Origin: an uncultured delta proteobacterium | GTDB lineage: Bacteria > Myxococcota > Myxococcia > Myxococcales > Myxococcaceae | Length of the DNA stretch: 64,000 nucleotides | Direction: 5' to 3' | Assembly: GCA_963771175.1 (NCBI GenBank) | Contig: CAVYSY010000039.1 | Coordinates: 256,001 to 320,000, forward strand | Shown here: positions 48,603-63,432 of the stretch, in pieces | How the letters are laid out: each line of letters starts with the position of its first letter | Numbering within the stretch: position 1 is the first letter of the stretch | Position numbers and translations under genes: made by a program | Notes under the pieces: generated by a model | Seen by the model: the letters and a program-made list of their open reading frames with translations, nothing else | Told to the model about the DNA's origin: nothing | The model's database searches: none

Positions 48603-51600
48603 ATGAGTGACGACGAGCAGACAGCGCTTCTCGATGAACGCAGTCGGAGTCGCACGCCCATCACCACCCCGGGCATCCCCATGGGCGCGCGGCGCTCGCT
48701 CGAACCGGGCATGTGGGTGACGGGCCGCTACCTCATCCAGGAGCAGCTCGGCGAAGGCGGCATGGGCCGCATCTGGCTCGCCGAGGACGTGCAGGAGCAC
48801 CGCCGCGTCGCCCTCAAGGAGATGCAGGTTCCCGCGGGCCTGCCGCCCAACAAGGTCGAGGAGCTCGTGCTGATGTTCCGCCACGAGTTCTTCGCGATGA
48901 AGCGACTCCAGCATCCGGGCACCCTCAAGGTCTTCGACTGCGGGATGACGGAGTCCGGCAACCGCTTCATCACCATGGAGGTGGTGGGCGGTCAGGACCT
49001 CAGCACGCGGGTGCGCGAGACGGTGCTCGACACCGGCACCGTCTACCGCATCCTCATCCAGATGGCGCAGGTGCTCGCCTTCATCCACTCGCGCCTGTAC
49101 GTGCACTGCGACATCAAGGCCAACAACGTCCGCATCACCGAGTCCGGCGCGGTGAAGCTGATGGACTTCGGGGTGATGCACCAGCTCGGCACCCCGAGGT
49201 CCAGCCGCATCAAGGGCACCCTGCAGTACCTCGCCCCCGAGTGGCAGCGCGGTGCCAGCATCGACGGACGCGCGGACCTCTACTCGCTGGGGGTGATGGC
49301 CTTCTACATGGCCACGCGGCAGCTCCCCTTCAAGGGCCGCAACCCGACGGCCCTGCTGGCGGACCACCTCTCCCGTCCCCCGCCGCGCCCCTCCAGCTTC
49401 TGCCCGGTGGATCCGCAGCTCGAGGAGATCATCCTCCTGCTGCTGGCCAAGGACCCGCGCGATCGCTTCCAGGACGCCTCCGAGCTGCTGGAGGCGCTGT
49501 GCCACGCCAGCGGCGAGCCGCTGCCGGAGGAGCCGCTGTCGGCACGCGCCAGCTACCTGCACGTCCCGGAGGTGGTGGGACGCCAGGAGGACCTGGGGCA
49601 GCTCCTGGAAGCACTCTGGGAGGCCGACCGGAGCCAGTCTCGCGCGGTGCTGCTGGGGGCGCCCGCGGGCGTGGGCAAGTCCCGCCTGCTGCAGGAGCTC
49701 GAGCTGCAGGCGCAGCTCTCCGAGATTCCCTTCGGGGTGGGCCAGTGCCGCGCGGAAGGACTGGCGCCGATGGAGCCCATCGTCCAGGCGCTGCGCGTGC
49801 TGGTGCCTCGCACCCCGGCGGAGCTGCTGACGCGGCTGGGGCCCCTGCTGGGCAAGCTGGTGCCGACGCTCGCCACCGCGCCGGCGCCCGTCTTCCAGGA
49901 CGCGGGCGCGGAGAAGATGGCCGTCTTCGGAGCCCTCACCGAGTGGCTCCAGGCGCTGGGACGCCAGTTCACCTTCGTCCTCTGCCTCGAGGACCTGCAC
50001 TGGGCGGACGCCGCCTCCCTGGAGGTGCTCAACGTCATCATCCGCGCGCTGCACGGCACGCGGGGGATGGTGGTGGGGGCCTTCCGCTCGAACGAGCTGA
50101 ACCGGCTGAGCCTCGCCTTCGCGACGGTGGACGAGGGGCTCACCTCGCGCCTGGAGCTCACCCCGCTGACGGAGGAGCACCTCGACAAGCTGGTGCGCCT
50201 GGTGCTGCCCGGCCTGGACGTGCCCGCGGGCTTCGTGGCCCGGCTGCACGCCATCACCGGCGGCAATGCCTTCTTCGCCACCGAGTGTCTGCGTGCGCTG
50301 GTGGAAGAAGGCGTGCTGCGTGCGCGTGGGCGGCCGCTGGAGCATGCAGGGAGACCTGGAGGCGCATCCGCTGCCGGGGAGCATCCGCGAGGCGGTGCTG
50401 GCACGACTGGCCACCCTGCCCGGGGATCGGGTGGCGTTGCTGCGGCGACTGGCCCCGGCGGGGCGCAGCCTGGAATTGCCGCTGGTGCGCGCCCTGGCGG
50501 ACCTGCCCGAGGCGGAGCTGTTCCAGGCGCTCGACGAGATGGTGGAGCGGCAGTTCCTCCAGCGCGTGGAGGGCCGCTGCGTCTTCACCCACGACACCGT
50601 CCACGAGTCGCTCCAGGAGAGCACTCCGGAGGCGGAGCGGCGGGCGCACCACGGTCGCATCGCCGAGGTCCTCCAGCGGCTCGGGGGCAACCGGCCGGGC
50701 GTGGCGCGGGCGGTGGGCTACCACTTCGCGCGCTCGGACGAGCCGCAGCGCGCCATCGTCCCGCTGCTGCGCGCCGGGCAGGCCGCTATCGAGACCAAGG
50801 CCCTGCTGGACGCCACGCTGGTGCTGAAGGAGGCCGCCGCGCTGCTCGAGACCGGGCCCCGCACGTCCGAGCGCGAGGAGCAACTCATCCGCACCTGGGT
50901 GACGCTCATCGAGATCGGTTACACGAGCGACCCGCCCACCTCGCTCCTCTACGCGGAGAAGCTCTTCGCCTACTGGGCGGACACGGTGGACCTCGGCGAG
51001 GGCCGGAGGGAGGCGGTGGAGCGGCTGGCCGCGGCGTACGCGAGCCCGGAGGCCGAGCGAGCCGAGCAGCTCCGGAGCGGCATCCGGGAGATTCAGCTCG
51101 GCGCCCGGATGGAGCCCGCGGACGTCTTCTGCAAGAAAGCGGAGCTGCAGATCCTCCAGAGCATCGCGCTGGCCATCATGGGGCGCACGGCGGAGTTCCA
51201 CGCGCTGCTGGAGCGAGTGCGGGCCGATTATCCGCCGGAGTGCCCCTACCGCGCCGGCGCCCTCATCGCGCGAGGAGGGCTCAGCGCGCACACGGGCCGC
51301 TTCGCGGACGTGATGGAGGCGCAGCGCGAGGAGGTGGATCGGCTGCGCGCCTTCCGCGACGCAGTGGTGCGCCCGCCCCGACGACTGGCGTGGGCGCTCG
51401 GCATGGGCTGCTACTTCTTGAACATGAACCTGGCCCTGAGCGGCAGGCCGCTCGACACGGTGGCCACGCGGGACGGGTTCACCGTGGCGGACACCTACGG
51501 CTACACGGATCTGCGCATCTACCACCTGCAATCGCAGATCGTCCGAGCCTCCTTCATCGGCGATGCCTCGGCCTTCGTCCCGCCCTTCACGGAGAAGCAG

Positions 51601-52293
51601 GAGCTCATCCGGCGCCTGGGCCACCCGCGCCTCCCCGAGCGGAACCTCGCCATCTACACGCCGCCCTACTACCTGGAGCGCGGCGAGCACGAATGGGTGG
51701 CCGCGGTGGTGGCCAAGGGCGAGCAGCTCGCCAAGGTGCTACCCGGGGACCGCTGGCTGAAGCTGTACGTGCTGGTGTACTCGGCGTGCCGGGATGTCCT
51801 CTTCGAGGACGCGGCCGCCGCGCGCGAGTCGCTGCCGAAGGCGCTGGAGGCCGCACGCGCGGGAGACTTCCGGATGGAGACGCTGGTGCGCGTCTACCAG
51901 TCCCGCTTCGAGTTGGCGCAGGGCAATCCGGAGGCCGCGCGCGAGGCCGCGGAGGCGGCGCTCCTGCGAGCCACGGACCCGGTGCTCACCAACCCCTTCG
52001 ACGAGATCCTCTCCCGCCGCGCGCTGGCTCCGCTGGTGCCGGAGGACGAGGGAGACGCGCACCTGACCCACGCGCGCTCGCTGGCCGAGGCCACGGGCAA
52101 CGTGCTGCAGGTGGGGCTGGTGAACCTCGCCCTCGCGGAGCGGTGGCTGGAGCGAGAGCCCACCCGGGCAGCCGGGGCACTCGAGGCAGCGGAGCGGGCC
52201 CTCACCGCCGCGAAGGCCAGCGCGCTGCTCCCGCGGGTGGCGGCCATCCGCGGGGAGCTGCGGCCCGAGGCCAAGGCGCGGCAGCCGGCGTGA
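48603..52293 (+). CDS. Ser/Thr kinase - AAA ATPase - TPR protein (frameshift near 50320)
   Basis: [42 protein letters not shown]; continues in ORF 50266-52293. Confidence 0.85.
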
Positions 52294-52318
52294 GCGACAC
52301 GCCGGCCCCGCCCCTTTC

Positions 52319-55552
<3,234 letters not shown>

Positions 55553-55707
55553 CGAGGGGGGCCCAATAGCAACGTTCGCCCCCGCTTGCACCAATCGTGT
55601 GTGTCGCGATACCTGGAGGGCGGGAAGTGATGCCCGCTCGGCGGCAGGGGTGGTCGGCCTCGGGCGCCGGCTCCTCTGCTAGTGTTGGCGCGTTTTCCGG
55701 AGGTCTC

Positions 55708-56509
55708 ATGCGTCGCTGGTCCCTGGTCCTGCTCCTCTCCACCGCGTCTCCTGTCCTCGCCCAGGAGGCCCAGGAAGCCCCCGCCGCCGCGGCCGAGCCC
55801 GCTCCCAAGGCAGCCGAGCCGGCTCCCAAGGCTGCCGAGCCCGCTCCCAAGGCTGCCGAGCCCGCTCCAGCCCCCGCCGAAGCGGCTCCTACCCCCACCG
55901 CCGAAGCCGCCCCGGTGCCCGCCCCCGCCCCCGCCGCTGCCGAAGCCGCCCCGGCCCCCGCCGCGGAGAGGCCGGCCCGTCGCTCGAGCGCGCCCAAGCC
56001 TGCGGCTCCGGCCGAGGCTCCCGCTCCCCAGGCGCCCGCTCCCGCTCCCCAGGTACTCGTCCCTCCCCCCGGGCAGGTTCCGGCGCTCACCACGGCCGAG
56101 CAGGCGGAGCTGAACAACGCGAACACGCCCCAGCAGCAGGTGCGCAATGACGCCCGCCACCTGCTCTCCTTTCTGCTCACGGGTGACGTGCGCACCATCA
56201 CCCAGCTGCTCTCCTTCCCCTTCCAGCTCGAGGAGCGGCGGTTCGACACCTCCGAGTCCCTGGTGGCGACGTGGGTCAAGCAGCTCCGGCAGAAGCGGAC
56301 GGACCTGGTCACCGCTCTACGACATCGAGGTCCTCACGTACGCGGAGATGGAGAAGAAGTACGGCAAGCCTCCCGCCCGCCTCGGAGCCATCGTCCCGCG
56401 CGGTGGCACCGACGTGTACGCCGCCGTGGCCAACCTCTCGGGCCACCCGGCGGTCTTCCTGTACCGGCAGACGAACGAGGGCTGGCGCGCGTTCGCCTAC
56501 ACGGATTGA
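55708..56509 (+). CDS. Exported Pro/Ala-rich hypothetical protein (frameshift near 56310)
   Basis: signal peptide; AAEPAPK repeats; conserved-looking C-terminal domain ending WRAFAYTD. Confidence 0.65.
55792..55869 (+). repeat. 21-bp tandem repeat (AEPAPKA, about 3.5 copies)
   Basis: gccgagcc(c/g)gctcccaaggc(a/t) units. Confidence 0.8.
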
Positions 56510-56536
56510 CGGGACCGGACGCCGGCGCGCGGGGGC

Positions 56537-57727
56537 TCAACGCACCGAGGTGACGAACTCCTTGAAGCGGTCCAGGCCCTTGCGGAGCTGCTCCCGCGAG
56601 GTCGCGAAGCTCATGCGGATGTAGCCCTCCACGCCGAAGGGGGTACCCGGCATCGCCGCGACCCGGAAGTCGTTCAGGAGGATGTCGGAGATCTGCATCG
56701 AGCTCGTCAGCGGCGTGCCCTTGTAGGTGCGCCCGAAGAGGCCCCGCACGTTGGGCAGCACGTAGAAGGCGCCCTCGGGACGCCGGCAGTGGACGCCCTC
56801 CAGCTCGTTGAGCGCGTCCACGACCATGTCCCGCCGCCCCCGGTACTCCTCCACCATGGGCACGAAGAGCTCCCTCGGGCCGTTGAGCGCCGCCACCGCC
56901 GCCTTCTGCGTGAAGGACGAGGCGTTCGACGTGGACTGGTCCTGGATCATCTGCATCCCCGCGATGAGCCACTTGGGACCCGCCGCGTAGCCCAGGCGCC
57001 AGCCCGTCATCGAGAAGGCCTTGCTCATCCCGTTGATGACCAGCAGCCGGGGCACCAGGTCCGGCGCCACGTTGCCGATGTTCAGGAACTGCCCCTCGTA
57101 GAGCAGCTTCTCGTAGATGTCGTCGCTCACCAGCAGGCAGTCATGCCCACGCACCGCCTCGGCGATGCCCTCCAGCGCGGCCCGGGAGAACACCGCCCCC
57201 GAGGGGTTGCTCGGACTGTTGAGCACCAGCGCCTTGGTGCGCGGCGTGAGCGCCCGGCGGATGGCGTCCGGATCCGGCGCGAAGCCGTTCTCCTCGCGCG
57301 TCTCCACCACCACCGGCTTGCCGCCCGCGAGCAGCACCATCTCCGGGTAGCTCACCCAGTACGGCGCCAGGATGATGACCTCGTCGCCCTCGTTCAGCAG
57401 CGCCTGGAAGGCGTTGTAGATGGCCTGCTTGGCCCCCACCGACACCAACACCTGGTCCGGCGCGAAGGTGAGGCGGTTGTCCCGCTCCAGCTTCGCGCAG
57501 ATGGCCTCGCGCAGCTCGGGGATGCCCGCCGTGGGCGTGTACTTGGTGAAGCCCTGCCTCAGGGCGTCGATGGCCGCCTGCTTGATGAACTCCGGCGTGT
57601 CGAAGTCGGGCTCGCCCGCCGCGAGACTCACCACGTCCACGCCCTGGGCCGCCAGCGCCTTCGCCTTCGCATTGAGCGCGAGCGTGGGTGACGGCTTGAT
57701 TGCCTTGAGCCGGTTCGCGAGATTCAT
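56537..57727 (-). CDS. aspC: PLP-dependent aspartate aminotransferase (class I/II)
   Basis: GEPDFDTP, GAKQA, NSPSNPSG, SDDIYE, SKAFSMTGWRLGY. Confidence 0.88.
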   Translation of the reverse strand: MNLANRLKAIKPSPTLALNAKAKALAAQGVDVVSLAAGEPDFDTPEFIKQAAIDALRQGFTKYTPTAGIPELREAICAKLERDNRLTFAPDQVLVSVGAKQAIYNAFQALLNEGDEVIILAPYWVSYPEMVLLAGGKPVVVETREENGFAPDPDAIRRALTPRTKALVLNSPSNPSGAVFSRAALEGIAEAVRGHDCLLVSDDIYEKLLYEGQFLNIGNVAPDLVPRLLVINGMSKAFSMTGWRLGYAAGPKWLIAGMQMIQDQSTSNASSFTQKAAVAALNGPRELFVPMVEEYRGRRDMVVDALNELEGVHCRRPEGAFYVLPNVRGLFGRTYKGTPLTSSMQISDILLNDFRVAAMPGTPFGVEGYIRMSFATSREQLRKGLDRFKEFVTSVR

Positions 57728-57853
57728 GACCGGTGCCTAGCAGCGCGCCCCCCGGGGGGACAAGCCGAGCGCACGCGGAAGTGAACAGATCCACTCGCGC
57801 GTGCGATAGGGTCCGGTTTCGCCTCACTGCGTCATTCAACCGAGAAGCACGCC

Positions 57854-58276
57854 ATGCACACGGAAGTCGGGCTGGCCGCGCCGGAGCGCCCCCGAGGGAT
57901 GCTCGCGCAGTTCCTCCGCTACCTCTTCGTCGGGGGCACCGCGTTCGTGGCGGACTTCACCACGCTGGCCCTCCTCAAGGAGAGCGGGGCCCTCGGCGTG
58001 CTCGGAGCGGCGGCCGTCGGCTTCGGGGTGGGCACCCAGGTCAACTACTTCCTCTCCACCCGGTGGGTGTTCACCTCACGCAGAGTGAAGGACCGGCGGC
58101 TCGAGTTCGCCCTCTTCGCGTCCGTGGGGCTCATGGGCCTCGCCCTGAACGAGGCCAACATCTGGCTGCTGCACCACCGACTCGGCCTCCACTACCTGCT
58201 GGCCAAGGGGGTGTCCGCGGGGCTCGTGCTGGGCTGGAACTTCTTCGCCCGCAGGCTGACGCTCTTCCGCGAGTAG
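57854..58276 (+). CDS. GtrA family membrane protein
   Basis: QFLRYLFVGG...D, NYFL..RWVF, LLAK...WNF. Confidence 0.85.
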   Translation: MHTEVGLAAPERPRGMLAQFLRYLFVGGTAFVADFTTLALLKESGALGVLGAAAVGFGVGTQVNYFLSTRWVFTSRRVKDRRLEFALFASVGLMGLALNEANIWLLHHRLGLHYLLAKGVSAGLVLGWNFFARRLTLFRE

Positions 58277-58292
58277 TGGCTCGCGGCGGCGC

Positions 58293-58775
58293 TCAGTCCT
58301 GCTTCGCGTACTTCGCCCGCAGCTTCTTCAGCACACCGGGGGGCACCAGCTCCTCCACGTTGCCGCCGAAGGAGGCCACCTCCCGCACGAGCTGCGACGA
58401 CACGTAGAAGTAGTCCTCGCCCGTCATCATGAAGACGGTCTCGATGCCGGGAGCCAGCTTGCGGTTCATGTTCGCGAGCTGGAACTCGTACTCGAAGTCG
58501 GAGACGGCCCGGAGCCCGCGCAGCAGCACGTTCACCCCGCGCCGGTTCGCGTACTCCACCAGCAGGCCGTGGAAGGCATCCACCTCCACCCGAGGATCCG
58601 GACAGGCCTCGCGGATGAGCACCTTGCGCTCCTCCTCGGTGAACAGCGGCACCTTCTTCGGGTTCACCGCCACCGCGACGATCACGCGATCGAACATCTG
58701 CAGCGCACGCTGGATGATGCTCAGGTGACCGTTGGTAAGAGGATCGAACGAGCCGGCGTAGATGGCGGTGCGCAT
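58293..58775 (-). CDS. coaD: Pantetheine-phosphate adenylyltransferase
   Basis: [37 protein letters not shown]. Confidence 0.96.
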   Translation of the reverse strand: MRTAIYAGSFDPLTNGHLSIIQRALQMFDRVIVAVAVNPKKVPLFTEEERKVLIREACPDPRVEVDAFHGLLVEYANRRGVNVLLRGLRAVSDFEYEFQLANMNRKLAPGIETVFMMTGEDYFYVSSQLVREVASFGGNVEELVPPGVLKKLRAKYAKQD

Positions 58776-58810
58776 GTGCGTGCCCAGTCTCGACGCACCC
58801 CGGCAACCGG

Positions 58811-59368
58811 TCAAGGAATGCGGAAGAAGCTCACCAGCGTGTCCCCGAACCGCCGCTGATCCACCCGCTCGAAACCCGCGTGGGACTCGGGGGCCGCCTC
58901 CCGCTTGTCGTGCTCGATGACCACCATCCCGCCGGGAGCCAGCAGCGCGTGCTGGCCCACCCCGTCCAGCACCCCCTCCACCACCCTCGCCGCGTAGGGA
59001 GGGTCCGCGAAGATGAGCTCGAACTTGTCGCCCCGGCGGCCGAGCACCCCGAGCGCCTTCTCCACGGGCTGAGCCACCACCTCCACCTGCGAGGCGAAGC
59101 CCAGCGTCTCCGTGTTCGCCCGGCAGAGCGACAGGGCCTCCCGGTCCGCGTCCACCAGCACCGCCTTCGCCGCCCCTCGCGAGATGGACTCCAGGCCCAG
59201 GGCGCCCGTGCCCGCGTAGAGATCCAACACCGCCTGCCCGTCCAGCCACTGGCCGAGCACGTTGAAGAGCGTCTCCCGCACCCGGTCCGCCGTGGGACGG
59301 ATGTGCTTCGACGTTGCCTTGGGGCCCGCCAGCGCCCGCCCTTTCGCCGTACCTGCCACGATGCGCAT
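58811..59368 (-). CDS. rsmD: 16S rRNA (guanine(966)-N2)-methyltransferase
   Basis: [44 protein letters not shown]. Confidence 0.95.
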   Translation of the reverse strand: MRIVAGTAKGRALAGPKATSKHIRPTADRVRETLFNVLGQWLDGQAVLDLYAGTGALGLESISRGAAKAVLVDADREALSLCRANTETLGFASQVEVVAQPVEKALGVLGRRGDKFELIFADPPYAARVVEGVLDGVGQHALLAPGGMVVIEHDKREAAPESHAGFERVDQRRFGDTLVSFFRIP

Positions 59369-60407
59369 CTAGTCGCCCCGGTTCTCCGCCAGAAACTGCA
59401 TCGACTTCCACCCCGTCCGCGAGGCGCCCAGCAACGCCAGCACCTCGGAGGCCTCGGCGAACGTGAGCGCCTCCAGCCGCGAGGCCTCCGGCGCTCCCAG
59501 GGGCGCGAGCTGCTCGCTCCAGCACCCCCAGCAGCTCCCCCGCCCCCAGCCCCGCCTTCTCCGCCTTCTGCTCCAGACTCGCGCGCACCGGTTCCGGGTA
59601 CGCGCCCAGCGCCAGCCGCTCGAAGGGCGCCGCGCACTCCACCTTCTTCACGCCCGCGGCCACATACGTCGGCAGCGCCCGCACCGAGCGCCGGCCCGCC
59701 TCCCCCACCGCCACCCCCACCCCGAGCTGCCCCGCCAGCTCCACCAGGCTCCGGAGGAACTCCACGTCCGACTCCTCCTCGCCCAGGATGCTCGCGGGCA
59801 CCCGGAGGAAGCGCACCGTCACGCCCTGCCGCCGCAACCCCTCCAGCAGCGCGCGCGCGCCCTCCAGCTCGTCGCCCTCGCTGCCCGCTGGCGGCGACAC
59901 CTCCAGCGACAGCTCGCGCTCCAGCACCGCTCCGGACAGCCTCCGCACGGCCTCCACCGCCGCGTCCACCGGCAGCCGCGACACGTCCAGCGATACCAGC
60001 GAGAAGCCCGCGTCCACCAGGCGGAAGATGCCCTCCTGGAGCTGCCCCAGCGTCTCCGGCTCGGCCTTCGACACCCGCACCGGACCCGCCTGCAGGAAGA
60101 CGGGCCGCGCATGGGCGTCCGCCTCCGCCACCTGCTGCACCGTCGCCATGAAGCGCTCGGCCGCGCCACGGTCCGCCAGCGGATGTGGGCACATGAGCCC
60201 CACCACCGCGTCCTCGCCTCGCGCGGCCGCCAGGAGCCCGGGCAGCATCGCCCGCACCGGCACCGGCAGGCACGGCAGCGCCGCGGGCACCTTCTCGAGC
60301 GCCCTCGACAGCTCGCGGGGATTCAGCACGGGCAGCCGCGAGGCAGTCCCCAGCCGGGCCACCACGCTCGTCGGCCTCAGCCTCAGCACCTTGTCGAGCA
60401 CGTTCAT
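59369..60407 (-). CDS. Hypothetical protein, possibly degenerate class II aldolase-like TIM barrel (frameshift near 59515)
   Basis: LAAAR...[30 protein letters not shown] resemble class II aldolase elements without metal-binding His. Confidence 0.5.
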
Positions 60408-60576
60408 CCGAGGCCGAGAATCATCCGCTCCAGAGGGGCACCGCAAGATGGATGTGGGGAATTTCGTTCAGCCCCTCGCCTGCTCCCCCTCCCGAGAGGC
60501 GGTCCCGATGCCCCGCGGATCCACCACCGAGGCCACACAAGCCCCATCTTGGCAGTGAGTGGAGGGAGGACGTGTC

Positions 60577-62005
60577 GTGACGAGGACGAAAGAGAAGACG
60601 CTGAAGCGGGAGGAATTCACGAAGCACCCGGAGGTGCTCGCGGTCGTGGAGGACCTGAAGGCCTACATGAAGGGCAAGGAGGTCTCCGACGTCATTGATG
60701 CCGAGGGAAACCAGTACGTCGACATCGTGATGGAGGGAGGGGGCACGCTGGGAATCGCGCTCCTGGGGTACGTGTACGCGCTGGAGCAGGCGAAGCTCCG
60801 CTTCCTGGACATTGGCGGCACCTCGGCGGGCGCCATCAACGCGATGCTGCTGGCGGCGGTGGACACGAAGGACAAGCCCAAGGCCGAACGGTTGCTGGAG
60901 ATTGCTCGCGGCGAAGGACCTCAGCGAGTTCATGGACAGCAAGGGCGGGGTGAAGCGCTTCCTCAATGGGTGGCTGGCAAAGCGTCCGAAGCTCCTGCTC
61001 GTACTGCATAGCCGGGCGGTGATGCGCACCCTCCTCCACGAACTCGGGCTGAACCCGGGACAGGCCTTCTACGACTGGATGGTCGACAACCTGAAGGCGA
61101 GCGGGATTCACACCGTCCGGGACCTGAACGAGCGGATGAAGTGGCTGCCCCCGACGCTCCGGCGGCGCAACGGGGAGGAACTCTCCGCGGATGACCTCGA
61201 CTGCCATCTCGCGTTGGTCGCAGCCGAGGTGACCACCGAGACCAAGGTGGAGTTTCCCCGCATGGCGCAGCTCTTCTGGAAGAACTGGGAACAGGAGAAC
61301 CCCGCCGTCTTCGTACGGGCCTCCATGTCCGTGCCATTCTTCTTCTACCCGAAGACGGTGGAGCTGCCGGACCTGCCACCAAAGGAGCTCAAGGAGAGGT
61401 GGAAGCTCGTGGACTTCGACACCATCCAGCCCCGGGAGAAGTGCCAGCTCATCGACGGCGGCATCATGTCGAATTTCCCCATCAACCTGTTCCACGAGCC
61501 GGGGCTGCCGAGCGCGCCCACCTTCGGCGTGCGGCTCGGGAAACGGAAGAAGCACACCATCCAGAAGCCGGTCGAGCTGGGCCGGGCCATCTTCGATTCG
61601 GCGCGGCATTGCCTCGACTACGACTTCATCCTCCAGCACCCGGACTACAAGCACCTGCTGACCAATATCGACACGGGCAACTACGGGTGGCTGGACTTCA
61701 ACATGGACATGAAGTCGCAGGTGGAGCTCTTCACCCGAGGGGTGAAGGCCGGCGTCGAGTTCCTGAGGACGTTCGACTGGGACAAGTACAAGCAGACGCG
61801 GGGGATGATGGCGCAAGTGCAGCAGTTCGAGGCGCCCATGCGCCAACCAGCGCCGGTGGAAGCTGCACCCCCACTAGTGCCGGGCGGTGCTCCGGAAGCC
61901 GCGGCCCACTCGCGCCACTTCCGGGGCACAGCTCACACGGATGAACTTCTCGCGAGCAGCCGAGGAGAGTGGGCCGGAGGGGGCCCGGCGGAACTTCAAG
62001 CTTGA
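60577..62005 (+). CDS. Patatin-like phospholipase (frameshift near 60910)
   Basis: EGGGTLG oxyanion loop, GTSAG nucleophile, VRASMSVPFFF, DGG..SNFP. Confidence 0.88.
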
Positions 62006-62196
62006 GCCCCCTCGTACGTGACGCGGAGACCTCGGTGGGTCACCGTGACGAGCGGGCGACCGAGCCACCCGCAGTGCTTGCAGACACCGTTCGCCCCGGC
62101 CTGGGTGACCCGCACCGGCAGGTCCGCGGCACAGACGGGACAGCCCTCGGGAATCGTGTAGTCGCGCGCTGGAGCACGCACTGCAGTTTCCGTCAT
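61996..62196 (-). CDS. Small zinc-ribbon hypothetical protein
   Basis: CPVC and CKHC pairs; RBS-like agga. Confidence 0.6.
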   Translation of the reverse strand: MTETAVRAPARDYTIPEGCPVCAADLPVRVTQAGANGVCKHCGWLGRPLVTVTHRGLRVTYEGAQA

Positions 62197-62329
62197 GTTC
62201 CTGAGCTAACGCAGGCAACGCGCTCGGCAAGGCCGCGCTCGGCGCGTGTGGCTCCTGATGGCGGGCAGGTAACCGAGCGATTGAGTGGCGGTGCCCGATG
62301 CTGAAGGCCCAGCGCCCCAGCATCCGGGG

Positions 62330-63322
62330 TCAGTGCACCTCGCCCAGGTGGGCGTAGGTCTCGCTCTCGATCTGGATGGTCGTGTGATCGATCCCGAACC
62401 GGTCGAAGAGCTCGTGCTTCACCGCCGAGAGGATCTCATCGTTGTTGCAGACCATGGGATCCGCCACCACCAGGTGCGCCGAGAGGGCGTACATCCCGCT
62501 GGCGATCGTCCACACGTGCAGGTCATGGACGTCGCTCACCCCCTGCACCTTCAGCAGCAGGTCCTTCACCACGGACATGTCGACGTGCGCCGGCACCGCC
62601 TCGAGCAGCACGTCCACGGCGTCGCGCACCAGCTTCAGCGCGCCCACCACGATCACCATCGAGATGAGCACCGAGATGAGCGGGTCCACCACGTACCAGC
62701 CCGTCAGCCACATCACCCCGGCGCCCACCAGCACCCCCACGCTCGACAGGGCATCGCCCAGCACGTGCAGGAAGGCCCCGCGCACGTTCATCGAGTGCGA
62801 GCGGTGCAGGAAGGCCAGCGCTCCCAGGTTCGCCATCAGGCCGATCAGCGCGACAATGGCCATGGGCCCCAGACGCACCTCGGCCGGCGAGCGGAAGCGC
62901 TCCCACGCCTCCACGAGGATGACCACGGTGATTCCCACCAGCAGCACCCCGTTGAGGAGCGCGCTGAGGATCTCCATGCGGTAGTAGCCGTACGTCTTCT
63001 TCACGTCCGCCGGCTTGCCCGAGAACCACAGCGCCAGCAGGCTCAGCCCCAGCGCGCTGACGTCCGTGAGCATGTGGCCCGCGTCGGCCATGAGGGCCAG
63101 GGAGTTGGTGAGGTACCCGCCCACCGCCTCGGCCACCGCGATGGTGCCCGTGAGCACCAGGGCGAAGAACAGCCGGGTGCGGTCCTTCCGCCGCTCCTCC
63201 TTCATGGAAGGATGCGGGCGCTTCGCGGGTTTCCCGTGATCGTGCCCATGTCCCCCGCACGCCTCGTCGTGCGCGTGGTCATGGTGATGCCCTGCGCCAT
63301 GGGTGTGAGGAGAGGTAGTCAC
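62330..63322 (-). CDS. Cation diffusion facilitator (CzcD/ZitB-like) transporter
   Basis: His-rich N-terminus; SLALMADAGHMLTD, TYGYYR.E, NVRGAFLHVLGD, HDLHVW, HTTIQIE. Confidence 0.92.
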   Translation of the reverse strand: MTTSPHTHGAGHHHDHAHDEACGGHGHDHGKPAKRPHPSMKEERRKDRTRLFFALVLTGTIAVAEAVGGYLTNSLALMADAGHMLTDVSALGLSLLALWFSGKPADVKKTYGYYRMEILSALLNGVLLVGITVVILVEAWERFRSPAEVRLGPMAIVALIGLMANLGALAFLHRSHSMNVRGAFLHVLGDALSSVGVLVGAGVMWLTGWYVVDPLISVLISMVIVVGALKLVRDAVDVLLEAVPAHVDMSVVKDLLLKVQGVSDVHDLHVWTIASGMYALSAHLVVADPMVCNNDEILSAVKHELFDRFGIDHTTIQIESETYAHLGEVH

Positions 63323-63432
63323 GAGCGGATGATGTGCGAACGCTCCTCCACGGAGACGCGCCGAGCAGCTAGAGTCCAAAAACATCGCGGGTTCAAGGTT
63401 TTTCCCCTTTGAACATCCCCAAGGCACGGCAG

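Noticed and set aside
58293..60446. 717-aa ORF apparently fusing a hypothetical protein to CoaD
   Set aside because: Produced by a frameshift near 59515 that reads through rsmD off-frame; coaD has its own start at 58775.
60577..62005. Patatin as a CBASS (CapV-like) effector
   Set aside because: No CD-NTase or other defence genes adjacent; appears to be a stand-alone patatin.
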